From contig CANSRZ010000006.1 in the NCBI GenBank assembly GCA_947649575.1, forward strand, positions 12,957 through 76,956: 64,000 bases of DNA. Direction: 5' to 3'. Under the pieces are notes generated by a model. That model did not search any database. It worked only from the letters and a program-made list of their open reading frames with translations, and was not told where the DNA came from. The translations under genes were made by a program, and so were the position numbers. This stretch comes from an uncultured Clostridia bacterium. Lineage in GTDB: Bacteria; Bacillota; Clostridia; Christensenellales; UBA1242. The number at the start of each line of letters is the position of its first letter. Within the stretch, counting starts at the first letter, position 1. Positions 20,255-30,459 of the stretch are shown here, in pieces.

Positions 20255-20761
20255 TTAAATAATTTTACATAAAAGACATGCGACGACTGCACCGATGGCG
20301 GAACAAATCAAGGCTACTGGAATTGCGTATAGTAGCTTTTTTACTTTGGTCTGTGAAAAATATACGGTCGCTACATAGAAAATCGTTTCGCTGCAGCCGA
20401 GTATCACGCAGGCACAGCGGGAGATGTAGCTGTCAGCGCCATAGGTTGATAAAACATTTTCAAGCAGTGCAAAACTCCCTGCGCCAGTGAAAGGGCGAAG
20501 AAGAATAAGTTCAGTAAGTTCGCCAGGTACGCCAAGCACTTTAAAAACTGGGCTTAAAACATAAGCAAGCATATTGGTTATTCCGCTAACGCGAAGCAAA
20601 GCAACTGCAATCATAATGCTGGCAATAAAGGGGAAAATGTCCAAAATAAGAGGGATTGCGCCTTTTGCACCTTTGACAAAAGTGTCATAAGTGTTAACCT
20701 TTTTGAAATAGCAATATCCAAAAAGTGCTAAAAAAATTATAGGCAAAATATAGGCGCTCAT
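20255..20761 (-). CDS. spmB: Spore maturation protein B-like (nucleoside-recognition-domain membrane protein)
   Basis: Membrane protein overlapping upstream spmA by 4 nt; typical SpmB length and profile. Confidence 0.75.
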   Translation of the reverse strand: MSAYILPIIFLALFGYCYFKKVNTYDTFVKGAKGAIPLILDIFPFIASIMIAVALLRVSGITNMLAYVLSPVFKVLGVPGELTELILLRPFTGAGSFALLENVLSTYGADSYISRCACVILGCSETIFYVATVYFSQTKVKKLLYAIPVALICSAIGAVVACLLCKII

Positions 20762-21357
20762 TGTTCACCTCTTTTGTTGAGAGGTGATTTTTTTGCATGC
20801 TTTGCTCTGAAAGAGTTGCATAGCTTGACTAATAATACTCCTAAGCAAGAGGTGACAAAGGTTGCAATCAAAGTTGGCAAAATTATGTCGGCAGGGGAAG
20901 CGCTTCCAGCCGAGGCGCGTAGGCCTATCACTGTGCTTGGCAAAAGTTGAATACTTGTTGCGTTGAGAACTATAAGCATAATCATGGCAGGCGTTGCAAT
21001 TCCAGAGCCGTCATCAAGTGCTTTCATGGCTTTGATGCCCATTGGCGTTGCAGCGTTGCCAAGCCCTAGCATATTTGCTGACATGTTAAGAGCAATCATG
21101 CGCTCGATTTCTGAGTTGTTAATTTTAAACAATTTTCTGATAACAGGTCTTAACAATTTGGCAAGTTTTTCGCCTAGTCCACTGGCATCAACAAGTTCCA
21201 AAATTCCAAGCCATACGGCATAAACTCCTGCAAGCTCTACGCAAAGTTTAAGCGCTCCTGCCGAGGCCGAAATCATTTCGCCAAGCACAGAAGCAGGGCT
21301 TGTCCAAAGCAAAATCCCTATTGAAGTAAACATCATAAAAAGCCAAATTCTGTTCAT
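20758..21357 (-). CDS. spmA: Spore maturation protein A-like (nucleoside-recognition-domain membrane protein)
   Basis: N-terminal MNRIWLFMM...LKLCVELAGVYAVWLGILE pattern typical of SpmA. Confidence 0.75.
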   Translation of the reverse strand: MNRIWLFMMFTSIGILLWTSPASVLGEMISASAGALKLCVELAGVYAVWLGILELVDASGLGEKLAKLLRPVIRKLFKINNSEIERMIALNMSANMLGLGNAATPMGIKAMKALDDGSGIATPAMIMLIVLNATSIQLLPSTVIGLRASAGSASPADIILPTLIATFVTSCLGVLLVKLCNSFRAKHAKKSPLNKRGEQ

Positions 21358-21391
21358 AATGTAATATATGAATTAAACTTGGCTTTGTATG

Positions 21392-22174
21392 CTAGAAAAT
21401 GTGTTTATATAATTCTATAAGCTCTTGCAAATTTAAACTTTCGGCACGTTTTGTCAGGTCAAAATTTGAGAGTTTTTTTGTAAGCTCTTCTTTATTTAGT
21501 TTAAGTCCGCTTGAAAGGTTATTTAGCAGTGTTTTTCGTCGCATTGAAAAGCAAACTTTTACAAAATTATAGAATTTTGCGCGGTCGATTTCTTGATATT
21601 TTTTATTCATTGTTATGTTGACAACTGCGCTATCCACATTTGGCTGAGGATAGAACATTTGTCTGCCAACAATGCGAGTTATTTTTGCATCCCCAAAAAA
21701 TGACACCATAACTGTTAAAACGCCATAGTCTTTTGTGCCTGCTTTGGCAACAATGCGCTCGGCAACTTCCTTTTGCACCATGATTGTAAGTGAAGTTACA
21801 TATTTGGCTTCCTCTAAAAACTTGAACAGCAGTGGAGTTGTGATATAATATGGCAAATTGGCAACAAGTTTGTATTTTTCGCCATTAAAATTACTTTCTA
21901 TTTTGTTGATGTCTTCTTTCAGTGCGTCTGTGAAAATAAACTTTGTGTTTTCAAGCTTTAAGTTGTTTAATGTAGTTTCAAGTTCATTATCAATCTCATA
22001 AGCCACAACTTTTTTGGCGTTTTCTGATAAATATTTTGTTAAAGCGCCTGCGCCAGGTCCAATCTCCAAAACATTGTCAGCTTTGCAAATATCGGCGTCC
22101 TTAACTATCGCTTGCAATAAATTGCTGTCGCTCAAAAAATTTTGTCCAAACTTTTTCTTAAAATTATGCTCCAT
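21392..22174 (-). CDS. rsmA: 16S rRNA (adenine1518/1519-N6)-dimethyltransferase
   Basis: FGQNFL and EIGPGxGALT motifs. Confidence 0.9.
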   Translation of the reverse strand: MEHNFKKKFGQNFLSDSNLLQAIVKDADICKADNVLEIGPGAGALTKYLSENAKKVVAYEIDNELETTLNNLKLENTKFIFTDALKEDINKIESNFNGEKYKLVANLPYYITTPLLFKFLEEAKYVTSLTIMVQKEVAERIVAKAGTKDYGVLTVMVSFFGDAKITRIVGRQMFYPQPNVDSAVVNITMNKKYQEIDRAKFYNFVKVCFSMRRKTLLNNLSSGLKLNKEELTKKLSNFDLTKRAESLNLQELIELYKHIF

Positions 22175-22941
22175 TATATTTTAAACAACCTCCTTGCATT
22201 TTGAGTTGTAACGCGTGCAACTTCTTGGGGAAAAATCCCTTTCAACTTTGCCAAATTTTCTGCGATGTAAGGCACAAGATGAGGGGCATTGCGAGTTCCT
22301 CTGAAAGGCTCAGGAGCAAGATAAGGGCAGTCTGTTTCAAACAATATTTTATCAAGCGGAACAACAGAGATAGCCTCTTGAACTTTTCTGCCATTCTTAA
22401 AAGTTGAAACCCCGCCAACAGAGATATAAAATCCAAGTTTTAAAACTTCCTCAGCAATCTCTTTGCTCTCAGAAAAACAGTGGAAAGTTCCGCCAAATTC
22501 AAGCAAATTTTTGTTTGCTTTCAAAAGTTCAAGAGTGTCAGAAATTGCGTCACGCGTGTGAATTACAATTGGCAATTGCAATTTGTGAGCCAACTTTATT
22601 TGTGATAAAAACACCTGCTTTTGAATTTCTTTATCAGGGCAACCGTCTCGATATTCAAGCCCGATTTCGCCAATGGCTATCACTTTATCATTTTGGGCTA
22701 GCTCTTCAAGTTCAGCTTCTGTTTTAGCGTTATAAGTCAACGCATCTTGTGGATGAACTCCAACAGAGGCGAAAACATTTTCATGCTTGTTTGCAAGTTT
22801 GACAGCCTCCTTTGAAGTTGGCAAATCAGCACCGCTGGTTATAATCATTTCAACCGTGCTGTCCTTTGCAAGCGCAATTATTTCTTCGCGGTCTAAGTCA
22901 TATTTTTCGTTAGTTAAATGAGCGTGAGTATCTATCAACAT
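22174..22941 (-). CDS. tatD: TatD-family metal-dependent DNase/hydrolase
   Basis: IDTHAHL start motif, with HTRDA and ETDCPYL motifs. Confidence 0.85.
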   Translation of the reverse strand: MLIDTHAHLTNEKYDLDREEIIALAKDSTVEMIITSGADLPTSKEAVKLANKHENVFASVGVHPQDALTYNAKTEAELEELAQNDKVIAIGEIGLEYRDGCPDKEIQKQVFLSQIKLAHKLQLPIVIHTRDAISDTLELLKANKNLLEFGGTFHCFSESKEIAEEVLKLGFYISVGGVSTFKNGRKVQEAISVVPLDKILFETDCPYLAPEPFRGTRNAPHLVPYIAENLAKLKGIFPQEVARVTTQNARRLFKI

Positions 22942-23131
22942 AAAATCTCCTTGCCTAAAGAATAGCACGAAGCTGTTTCAAAGTCAAATTTTATTTAAAA
23001 AGACTTGCAGAAATTAAAAAAAATAGAAAAGCACCTTTAAATTGATTGATTTTTATTTATAAATTTGCTAATATAGTAAATATTAATGCGTGTGTGAGAC
23101 AAAATAATTATAAATTTGCAAGGAGGTAAGA

Positions 23132-25528
23132 ATGTCACAACTGATGTGGGGAATATTCGGCGGATATAGCTTGTGGGAATATTTCACCGTTATCTTAGAT
23201 AATATTCCGAAAATTATGTATCTGATTTATGCATCTTTTGCAAGTTGTCTTGACATCTTACAAGCCCTTATTAAAAAACTTGCAGGCCTGGATACATATT
23301 GGGTTAATAATGAGGCAATTACTCAGCAAGACCCAGTTCTTGAATTTATTTATGGCATGCTTGGCATGGGCAAGAATAAAGGTACTTACACAGCAATCAA
23401 TACAGTATTTTGGTCACTTGTCATCTTTGCAGCAATTGTGCTTCTTGTCAGTACAATGATTGCAATAATTAAATCTCACTATGGAGAAGACGTAAATAAA
23501 ACAAATCCTATTACATATGTTTTTACAGCAGTAAAATCAATCTTTACATTTATGATAACTCCAGTAGCAGTTATCCTTGGAATTTATCTCTCTCAGTTTA
23601 TGCTTCAAACCCTTGACAATATCACGGCAGGCTCTGTTACAGAAGAATCAATAAAAGGTATTTATGGCTCTGCTGGTGTTGATGCATGCAAGCCAGGAGA
23701 CAATGGCTATTATGGTTATTACGATTTCTTTAGTTTGGGTTCGTCAACCAGCTCAACAACATTCTCAGGTATGATGTTTAGAGCAGCAGCCTATGACGCC
23801 AATCGTTCAAGATCAGCTGATACCGCAAAAAGATTGGAAAGATCTATTCTTGAGCCATTGGGAATATTTAAAGATGCAAATGGACAAGCACGTCCAAATG
23901 ATATATCTGACCTAGATTGGATGGCATATCAGATTGATTATGCTTTTATGAACAACTTGCATTTGAAAAATGGCTGTCATGTAAATGATTTGTATTCTAA
24001 TTGGGATGATTATGGTGGAAAAGTAATTATGTCAATTGTAAGTGTGGATTTCTTCTCAGCAGTTGGTTATGTAGAATCATTCTCAAAATATAATGTTGGT
24101 TTGGTTTGGTATTTCTATAACCTTTGGACCTTTAACTTCTTTGTAGGCTTCGCTTCAATCAGTGTTTGTCTTGGTCTTTTGGTAAGTATTATTATTGGTC
24201 TGATGAGCAGGCTTATATATAGTGCGGCACTGTTTATGGTGTTCCCTCCATTATTGGGCTTGGCTCCACTTGATGAATTCAACGCTTTCAAAAAATGGCG
24301 ACAAAAGTTTATTTCTTATATCCTTATGGCGTTTGGATCGATTATTGGTATGAATATTTTCTTCCTGCTTATGCCATATGTGAATGAAATCCAATGGTTT
24401 GGAGTTGGGCTTGGTTGGGGAATTATAAATTCAATCATTAACACCCTTATTATTATAGTTGGATTGATAACGGTTAAACAATTTATTGCATTTATATCAG
24501 GACTGATTGGTGCAGCCGATGCGTTTGCAACAGGTGACGGCATGAAAGGTGAACTCACAAAGACCCTTGCCAAAACAGGCGGCGCAGTTCTTGGCGCAGG
24601 CAACCTTGCCATGAAAGCCGCAGGGCTCGGACCGCTTCAGAATACTCTTAAGACAGCTGCAGGTATGGCAGTAGGGAAAGTACGCGATAAGTGGCAGAGC
24701 CATAAGATTAATAAGAACAAGCTTTCAGATGCTGAAGAAAAAACTGCTGCTGATAAGGCTGACAGGGCTGCAAATCTAATGAATGATAGGCGTAATAGAC
24801 AGGATAATAAAGATAACTTTGAAAAATCTAATGAATATAAGCAATTGACTGCTCAAGCTAAAGCTGCAGGTAAAGATTTGAATTCAGATGAATTCAAAGA
24901 AATGAAAAAACAATCTTATGATGCTTATCTTATGAAAAATGATGGAACCTTTAGCAAGGCTCAAGGTATTGTTGCTAGACAAGGTTTTACAAAGGAACAA
25001 CAAGAGCGACAAGCTGTTGTTCAAAAGGCTACTGAAAGACAGAAAATGATTCGTCAACAACACTTTATTGGTGCTGATGGCAAGCTTGATGCGGGTGCAG
25101 CATTCAGAGGTGGTTGGAAAAATGCAGCTGCTGACTTTGGTGGGGCATTCCTTAAGGCAATACAAGGCGGGCTTAAAGACTTGAATATCAATCTTGGCAT
25201 GAAAGACGGTCTTGGCTCTATATTGCAACGCGGTACAAATCTTAAAGTTGATGGCGAGGGTAAAGTTACAGGTACTTATACAAATCCATTTGTTTACAAT
25301 GGCAAAGGTGGCTCAGATAGAGCAGATCCAGGTCAGGCAACGCTTCTTGGCACGCTCAAATCTATTCCTGGTATGATGGTTGGCGCAATGTTTGCTCCTC
25401 CAACAGCTCCACCACCGCCTAAGGCAACCAGTGATGACAAAATTTCTACGGCTGCTGACAAGCTTTCTAAGACTGCGGACGCATTGGTTAAGGCTACAGA
25501 AAAGCTTAACAGGTTTAATCCTAAGTAA
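23132..25528 (+). CDS. Large polytopic membrane protein with a basic/coiled C-terminal tail; function unknown
   Basis: AAGGAGG RBS and many hydrophobic segments. The C-terminal 300 aa are K/A/Q-rich. Confidence 0.6.
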   Translation: MSQLMWGIFGGYSLWEYFTVILDNIPKIMYLIYASFASCLDILQALIKKLAGLDTYWVNNEAITQQDPVLEFIYGMLGMGKNKGTYTAINTVFWSLVIFAAIVLLVSTMIAIIKSHYGEDVNKTNPITYVFTAVKSIFTFMITPVAVILGIYLSQFMLQTLDNITAGSVTEESIKGIYGSAGVDACKPGDNGYYGYYDFFSLGSSTSSTTFSGMMFRAAAYDANRSRSADTAKRLERSILEPLGIFKDANGQARPNDISDLDWMAYQIDYAFMNNLHLKNGCHVNDLYSNWDDYGGKVIMSIVSVDFFSAVGYVESFSKYNVGLVWYFYNLWTFNFFVGFASISVCLGLLVSIIIGLMSRLIYSAALFMVFPPLLGLAPLDEFNAFKKWRQKFISYILMAFGSIIGMNIFFLLMPYVNEIQWFGVGLGWGIINSIINTLIIIVGLITVKQFIAFISGLIGAADAFATGDGMKGELTKTLAKTGGAVLGAGNLAMKAAGLGPLQNTLKTAAGMAVGKVRDKWQSHKINKNKLSDAEEKTAADKADRAANLMNDRRNRQDNKDNFEKSNEYKQLTAQAKAAGKDLNSDEFKEMKKQSYDAYLMKNDGTFSKAQGIVARQGFTKEQQERQAVVQKATERQKMIRQQHFIGADGKLDAGAAFRGGWKNAAADFGGAFLKAIQGGLKDLNINLGMKDGLGSILQRGTNLKVDGEGKVTGTYTNPFVYNGKGGSDRADPGQATLLGTLKSIPGMMVGAMFAPPTAPPPPKATSDDKISTAADKLSKTADALVKATEKLNRFNPK

Positions 25529-25780
25529 TTCCACGGCGGACGGCTGAAACTTTGATTTAATTTACAACTTTTATCCGCTTTAATGCAATTATAAAATTGC
25601 AAATAGACACGGTGATATCACCATAAATCACAAAAGCATCATTCATTCAAAGATTTATGGTGTTGTCATAATGGCTTGTGCAAAAGAAATGCTATATTAC
25701 GCTCCTTTGTTTTATTGCTCTCAACATTAAAACAAATACATATACATTTCATTTGAACGTTTTGCATAATGCCTTTCCAA

Positions 25781-25810
25781 AAAACCGACGTGATTTCACG
25801 TCGGTTTTTT
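25781..25810 (+). terminator. Strong intrinsic terminator (CCGACGTGA-TT-TCACGTCGG plus T-run)
   Basis: 9-bp GC-rich stem flanked by an A-run and a T-run. It lies 250 nt after the preceding stop codon. Confidence 0.7.
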
Positions 25811-25831
25811 GCAAGTCTAATGCTTGCCGCC

Positions 25832-26150
25832 AGCCCAAGCGCTGGGCGACTGTCTTAAATCTGTAATCAAATTCTAACTTTATCCGTTCATAACAAGCCC
25901 AAGCGCTGGGCGATTGTCTTAAACCTGTAATCAAATTCTAACTTTATCCGTTCATAACAAGCCTAACGCTTGGCGACTGTCAATAGACTGCAATAAAATT
26001 AGAGGTTTAATCGTTCATAACAAACCAAATGTTTGACGATTGTCTTAAATCTATAATCAAATTCAAATTTTATCCGTTCATAGCAGCAACCATATGTTGC
26101 ATAAACAGCCCTTGGACTTGTTATGAACGAATAAAATTTAAGTTTAAAAT
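25832..26150. repeat. Tandem array of about 5 units of a 63-64-bp repeat, with the last unit degenerate and partly inverted
   Basis: Units start at 25832, 25896, 25960, about 26023 and about 26085. Units 1 and 2 differ at 2 positions. An inverted CTTGTTATGAACGA sits at 26117-26130. Confidence 0.85.
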
Positions 26151-26246
26151 AAGCCTGCTGACAGCCGTGCAACATTTGGTTGCAAAAATTTTTATAAAAT
26201 TTGGCATTTTTAGTTGACTATTTTTTCAAAATTGCATATAATAGTG

Positions 26247-26273
26247 CTAGCACTTGAATGTTTAGAGTGCTAA
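26247..26273. promoter_or_regulatory. CIRCE operator (HrcA binding site)
   Basis: CTAGCACTT-N9-GAGTGCTAA compared with the consensus TTAGCACTC-N9-GAGTGCTAA; located just upstream of hrcA. Confidence 0.8.
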
Positions 26274-26305
26274 AACAAAGTCGAAAATCAGAATTGAGGT
26301 ATGTT

Positions 26306-27310
26306 ATGGAACTTTCTGAGCGTAGAAAAAAAATCCTATGCAAAGCGGTGGAAGAGTTTATCAAAGATTCAAGTCCTATAACGAGCAGTGGCATTAAAGA
26401 CACAACTTGTTTGGATTGTTCAACTGCGACGTTGCGGGCTGAGCTTAATACTCTTGAAGCTTTGGGATTTTTGAAACAATTACACACTTCGGGCGGGCGC
26501 GTGCCTACTCCGCAAGGGTATCGATTTTATGTCGAGGAGCTTCTTAGAGGAGTTAAGGCAACGGACGCTGAACTTGAAGATGTGCATAAACTTATTTCTT
26601 CGCGCACCAAAAGCCTGACAGAAATGGTTACTGGCATTGCAAAGATTGTCAGCCACGCTACAAACTATCCAACCGTTGTGATGATGAACAACTATAATGA
26701 TTTGATTCTTACCGAGTTTAAGATTATTCCACTCCTTGATAATCAAGTTATGGTGTTGATTGGGACTATTGCTGGATATATTACAAACACGTTAGATATT
26801 TCAGCAAGTGCGCTTGAATGCCACGACGCGTCAAACTATTTAACCAAGAACTTTAAGGGTTGCACGATTGGCGAAATGGTGGAGAATATTGAGGCTGTTG
26901 AGTTTGGCATGCAAGAAGAAATCAAAGCGTTTGAAACTATTGTTGATAGTCTGCTCGGCGGTTTGAAACGGTTAAACAATCAGAAACTTATTGATGTTCG
27001 CAGTGAGGGCGCTGTTAAATTGTTAGAGAACAGCAAGACTGTTGAAGAAGCTAAAAAAGTTTTGAATATGCTTGACGACAAACAGCAACTTGAAAGCGCG
27101 CTAAGTTTATCAGGCAAGGATATTGAAGTTACTGTTGCCGAAGAAAAGGAAGATAGCATTGCCTCGGTAGTTAAAGCGCCTATTGTTGTAGGAGGGAAGC
27201 AACTGGCTTCAATCGGAGTTATTGGACCGCAAAGAATGGACTATAATAGGATTGCATCAGCACTCAAACTTGTTATTGAGGAGCTGAGCCAGATAAAAGG
27301 AGAAGAATAA
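26306..27310 (+). CDS. hrcA: Heat-inducible transcription repressor HrcA
   Basis: MELSERRKKIL...AVEEFI N-terminus typical of HrcA. ATG 26306 lies after the CIRCE element, whereas the track start 26258 lies inside the operator. Confidence 0.9.
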   Translation: MELSERRKKILCKAVEEFIKDSSPITSSGIKDTTCLDCSTATLRAELNTLEALGFLKQLHTSGGRVPTPQGYRFYVEELLRGVKATDAELEDVHKLISSRTKSLTEMVTGIAKIVSHATNYPTVVMMNNYNDLILTEFKIIPLLDNQVMVLIGTIAGYITNTLDISASALECHDASNYLTKNFKGCTIGEMVENIEAVEFGMQEEIKAFETIVDSLLGGLKRLNNQKLIDVRSEGAVKLLENSKTVEEAKKVLNMLDDKQQLESALSLSGKDIEVTVAEEKEDSIASVVKAPIVVGGKQLASIGVIGPQRMDYNRIASALKLVIEELSQIKGEE

Positions 27311-27311
27311 G

Positions 27312-27920
27312 TTGGCGAAGAAAGAAGAACGTCGCGACGCATCTTGTGAACGAGAATGCGACGACAAAAAACAAGAAAAGTTTAATGGCCACAATCATGA
27401 TTGTGGCTGTCATGGTGAAAAAGATAATTGCAATTGTGGTGACAACTGCGATTGTCAAAAAGAGGAAAAGCATGAATGCCATTGTGGGCATCATGAGCAT
27501 AACGGAAAGGCTCAAGAATATTTAGCAATGGCTCAACAAATTCAAGCTGATTTTGAAAATTTTAGGCGCCGAGCGCTTGATGAAATCAAACAGTCTAAAT
27601 TGGCAGGGCAGGCGTCAGTGATAGAAGTTTTCTTGCCATGTCTAGACACTTTTAAAGAGGCTAAGAAATCTATTTCAGATGAAGCAGTGCTTGCAGGCGT
27701 TGAGATGATTGAAAATAAAATCAATGAAGCGTTGACAACTCTTGGAGTTGAAAAAATTGCCAGCATAGGCGAAGTATATAATCCGCATTTGCATAATGTG
27801 ATTGCAGTGATGAGCGACCCAAGCAAGCCTGATGATGTTATCCTTGAAGAATATCAAGCAGGTTATACATTTAACGGCAAGGTTATCAGAGTTGCAGCCG
27901 TGATTGCAAACAAGTGCTAA
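27312..27920 (+). CDS. grpE: Nucleotide exchange factor GrpE with an unusual Cys/His-rich N-terminal extension
   Basis: ADFENFRRR GrpE signature and C-terminal beta domain. TTG start after AAAGGAG. Confidence 0.85.
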   Translation: MAKKEERRDASCERECDDKKQEKFNGHNHDCGCHGEKDNCNCGDNCDCQKEEKHECHCGHHEHNGKAQEYLAMAQQIQADFENFRRRALDEIKQSKLAGQASVIEVFLPCLDTFKEAKKSISDEAVLAGVEMIENKINEALTTLGVEKIASIGEVYNPHLHNVIAVMSDPSKPDDVILEEYQAGYTFNGKVIRVAAVIANKC

Positions 27921-28037
27921 TAGCACTTTTTAAGCAAAAGGAAACTTATAAGCATAAAATTAGAAAAATAAAATAAAAAATAATAAAAAGTTGCGAAATT
28001 TCGCTAAAAAACAATTAATATAAAGGAGATTAAAATT

Positions 28038-29867
28038 ATGAGTAAAATTATTGGAATTGACTTAGGAACAACAAATTCATGCGTGGCTGTTATGGAGGGC
28101 GGAAAGCCAACAGTTATCGCAAATGCTGAGGGGGATAGAACAACTCCATCAGTTGTCGCTTACACTAAAGAGGGAGAAAGACTTGTCGGCAAAGTTGCAA
28201 AGCGTCAGGCTATTGTAAACGCTGACAACACAATACAATCTATTAAAAGAGAAATGGGTTCAAACTATAAAGCAAAACTTAACGGAAAAGATTACACTCC
28301 ACAAGAAGTTTCTGCTATGATTTTGTCAAAGCTTAAAGCAGATGCAGAAAGCTATCTTGGCGGGAAAGTAACTCAGGCTGTTATCACAGTGCCTGCTTAC
28401 TTTAATGACAGTCAACGTCAGGCAACAAAAGATGCTGGCAAAATTGCAGGGCTTGAAGTTTTAAGAATTATCAACGAGCCAACAGCAGCTGCACTTGCTT
28501 ATGGACTTGATAAAGGTGAAAATGCAAATCAAAAGATTTTAGTTTATGACCTTGGTGGCGGTACTTTTGACGTGTCTATTCTTGAAATTGGCGACGGCGT
28601 GTTTGAAGTACTTTCAACAAATGGAAATACTCGCTTAGGTGGCGACGATTTTGATAACAGAATTATCGACCTCTTGGTTGAAGAATTTAAAAGAACAAAC
28701 GGAATTGACCTTTCAAGTGATAAACTTGCAATGCAAAGATTAAAGGAAGCGGCAGAAAAGGCAAAAATTGACCTTTCAGCAACTCCAAAAACAACAATTT
28801 CTCTTCCATTTATTTCAGCAGATGCACAAGGTCCAAAGCACTTAGAGATGGAACTTACAAGAGCAAAATTTGACGCAATCACTGAAGACCTTGTTAAAGA
28901 AACAATTGACTGCACAGTAAAAGCGCTCAAAGACGCTAAACTTGACAAAAACGAAGTTCAAAAAGTTGTTTTAGTTGGTGGCTCAACAAGAATTCCAGCA
29001 GTTGTAGAGGCTGTTAAAAACTTTACTGGCAAAGAGCCTTACAAGGGTGTTAACCCAGACGAGTGCGTAGCTGTTGGTGCGGCAATTCAAGCAGGGGTGC
29101 TTGGCGGAGAAGTAAAAGATGTGCTTCTTCTTGATGTAACTCCACTTTCACTTGGAATTGAAACTTTAGGCGGAGTTTTCACAAAGCTTATTGAAAGAAA
29201 TACAACTATCCCAACAAAGAAATCTCAAGTTTTCTCAACCGCTGTTGATAATCAACCTGGCGTTGACATTCATGTTCTTCAAGGAGAGCGCGAGTTTGCA
29301 GCTCAAAACAAAACTCTTGGCAGATTCCAACTTACAGATATTCCACCAGCACCAAGAGGCGTTCCACAAATTGAAGTTACTTTCGATATTGACGCAAACG
29401 GAATTGTAAATGTTTCTGCAAAAGACCTTGGAACAAACAAGGAACAAAAAATCACAATCACAGCTTCTTCAAACCTCAAAGACGAAGATATTGAAAAGGC
29501 TATTAAAGAGGCAGAACTTCACGCTGAGGAAGACAAAAAACGTAAAGAGTTTGTAGAAACTAAGAATAACGCTGACAATATGGTCTACTCAATTGAAAAA
29601 ATGCTTAAAGAGAACGGCGATAAACTTTCAGCTGACGACAAGAAAAAACTGGAAGACGCAGTAGAAAAAGCTAAAAAAGACTTTGAGAGTGAAGATAAAG
29701 ATACTATTCAAAAAGGTCTTGACGAACTTACAGCAGTTTCAAACGAAGTATTCACAAAGATGTATCAATCTGCAAATCCAAATGGAGGAGCAAACGGAAC
29801 AGACCCAAACGGCAATGGTGGCACTAATGGCACAGACGGCGACCCAGAAGTTGTAGATGTTGAGTAA
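28038..29867 (+). CDS. dnaK: Molecular chaperone DnaK (Hsp70)
   Basis: [18 protein letters not shown] and [10 protein letters not shown] signatures. Confidence 0.97.
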   Translation: MSKIIGIDLGTTNSCVAVMEGGKPTVIANAEGDRTTPSVVAYTKEGERLVGKVAKRQAIVNADNTIQSIKREMGSNYKAKLNGKDYTPQEVSAMILSKLKADAESYLGGKVTQAVITVPAYFNDSQRQATKDAGKIAGLEVLRIINEPTAAALAYGLDKGENANQKILVYDLGGGTFDVSILEIGDGVFEVLSTNGNTRLGGDDFDNRIIDLLVEEFKRTNGIDLSSDKLAMQRLKEAAEKAKIDLSATPKTTISLPFISADAQGPKHLEMELTRAKFDAITEDLVKETIDCTVKALKDAKLDKNEVQKVVLVGGSTRIPAVVEAVKNFTGKEPYKGVNPDECVAVGAAIQAGVLGGEVKDVLLLDVTPLSLGIETLGGVFTKLIERNTTIPTKKSQVFSTAVDNQPGVDIHVLQGEREFAAQNKTLGRFQLTDIPPAPRGVPQIEVTFDIDANGIVNVSAKDLGTNKEQKITITASSNLKDEDIEKAIKEAELHAEEDKKRKEFVETKNNADNMVYSIEKMLKENGDKLSADDKKKLEDAVEKAKKDFESEDKDTIQKGLDELTAVSNEVFTKMYQSANPNGGANGTDPNGNGGTNGTDGDPEVVDVE

Positions 29868-29874
29868 CCTAGAT

Positions 29875-30456
29875 ATGGAAACCATACATTTATTAATTAG
29901 GAATTTAGAGGGAAAGGATGCGAATGATTACTATGAAATTTATTCGCACCCTGATGTTCGCCCAAGAACAGGCAACAGCAAGCCGTTCAGTGATTTGCAG
30001 GCGGCAGAAATGCATCTTTCTGAAATTGCAAGTAACAAAAATCAGTTTGCGATTGTTGAAAAAATTTCAAATAAGATGATTGGCAAGTTTAAAATATCTA
30101 ATTATTCAATAGAACGAGCTGAAAAATATTTTCCAGAGCTTTTGGAACTAACAAAGCAAGGGAAAGTATTAACTATGAGTTATGCGATCAATCCTAAATA
30201 TTGGAATAAGGGTTATTGTACAGAGGCACTTAAAAAAATGGTAGAATATACCTTTATTCAATTGGGAGCAGAGCATATAATACTGGGCTATTTTATTCAA
30301 AACAAGGCAAGTGGAAAGGTAATGGAAAAGTGCGGTTTTAAATATAAAAAAACAATCCCTGTTGCTGGTTTCTGGTATTTAACTGGAGAAAAACGACAAC
30401 TTGTAAAAATGGCTCTTAGTAAAAAAGACTGGAAAAAATTAAGCAAGGAGAATTAA
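29875..30456 (+). CDS. GNAT-family N-acetyltransferase (RimJ/RimL-like)
   Basis: Length and C-terminal pattern (NxxSxxVMEKCGF) typical of the GNAT fold. The start is uncertain (29857 or 29875). Confidence 0.6.
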   Translation: METIHLLIRNLEGKDANDYYEIYSHPDVRPRTGNSKPFSDLQAAEMHLSEIASNKNQFAIVEKISNKMIGKFKISNYSIERAEKYFPELLELTKQGKVLTMSYAINPKYWNKGYCTEALKKMVEYTFIQLGAEHIILGYFIQNKASGKVMEKCGFKYKKTIPVAGFWYLTGEKRQLVKMALSKKDWKKLSKEN

Positions 30457-30459
30457 AAT

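Noticed and set aside
25832-26150. Possible CRISPR array (regularly spaced repeats of about 64 bp period).
   Set aside because: Adjacent units are similar over their whole length, so there are no unique spacers. No cas genes are nearby. This is a tandem repeat, not a repeat-spacer array.
26258-26305. Upstream start for hrcA (track ORF 26258).
   Set aside because: That start lies inside the CIRCE operator, whereas ATG 26306 yields the conserved MELSERRKKIL N-terminus.
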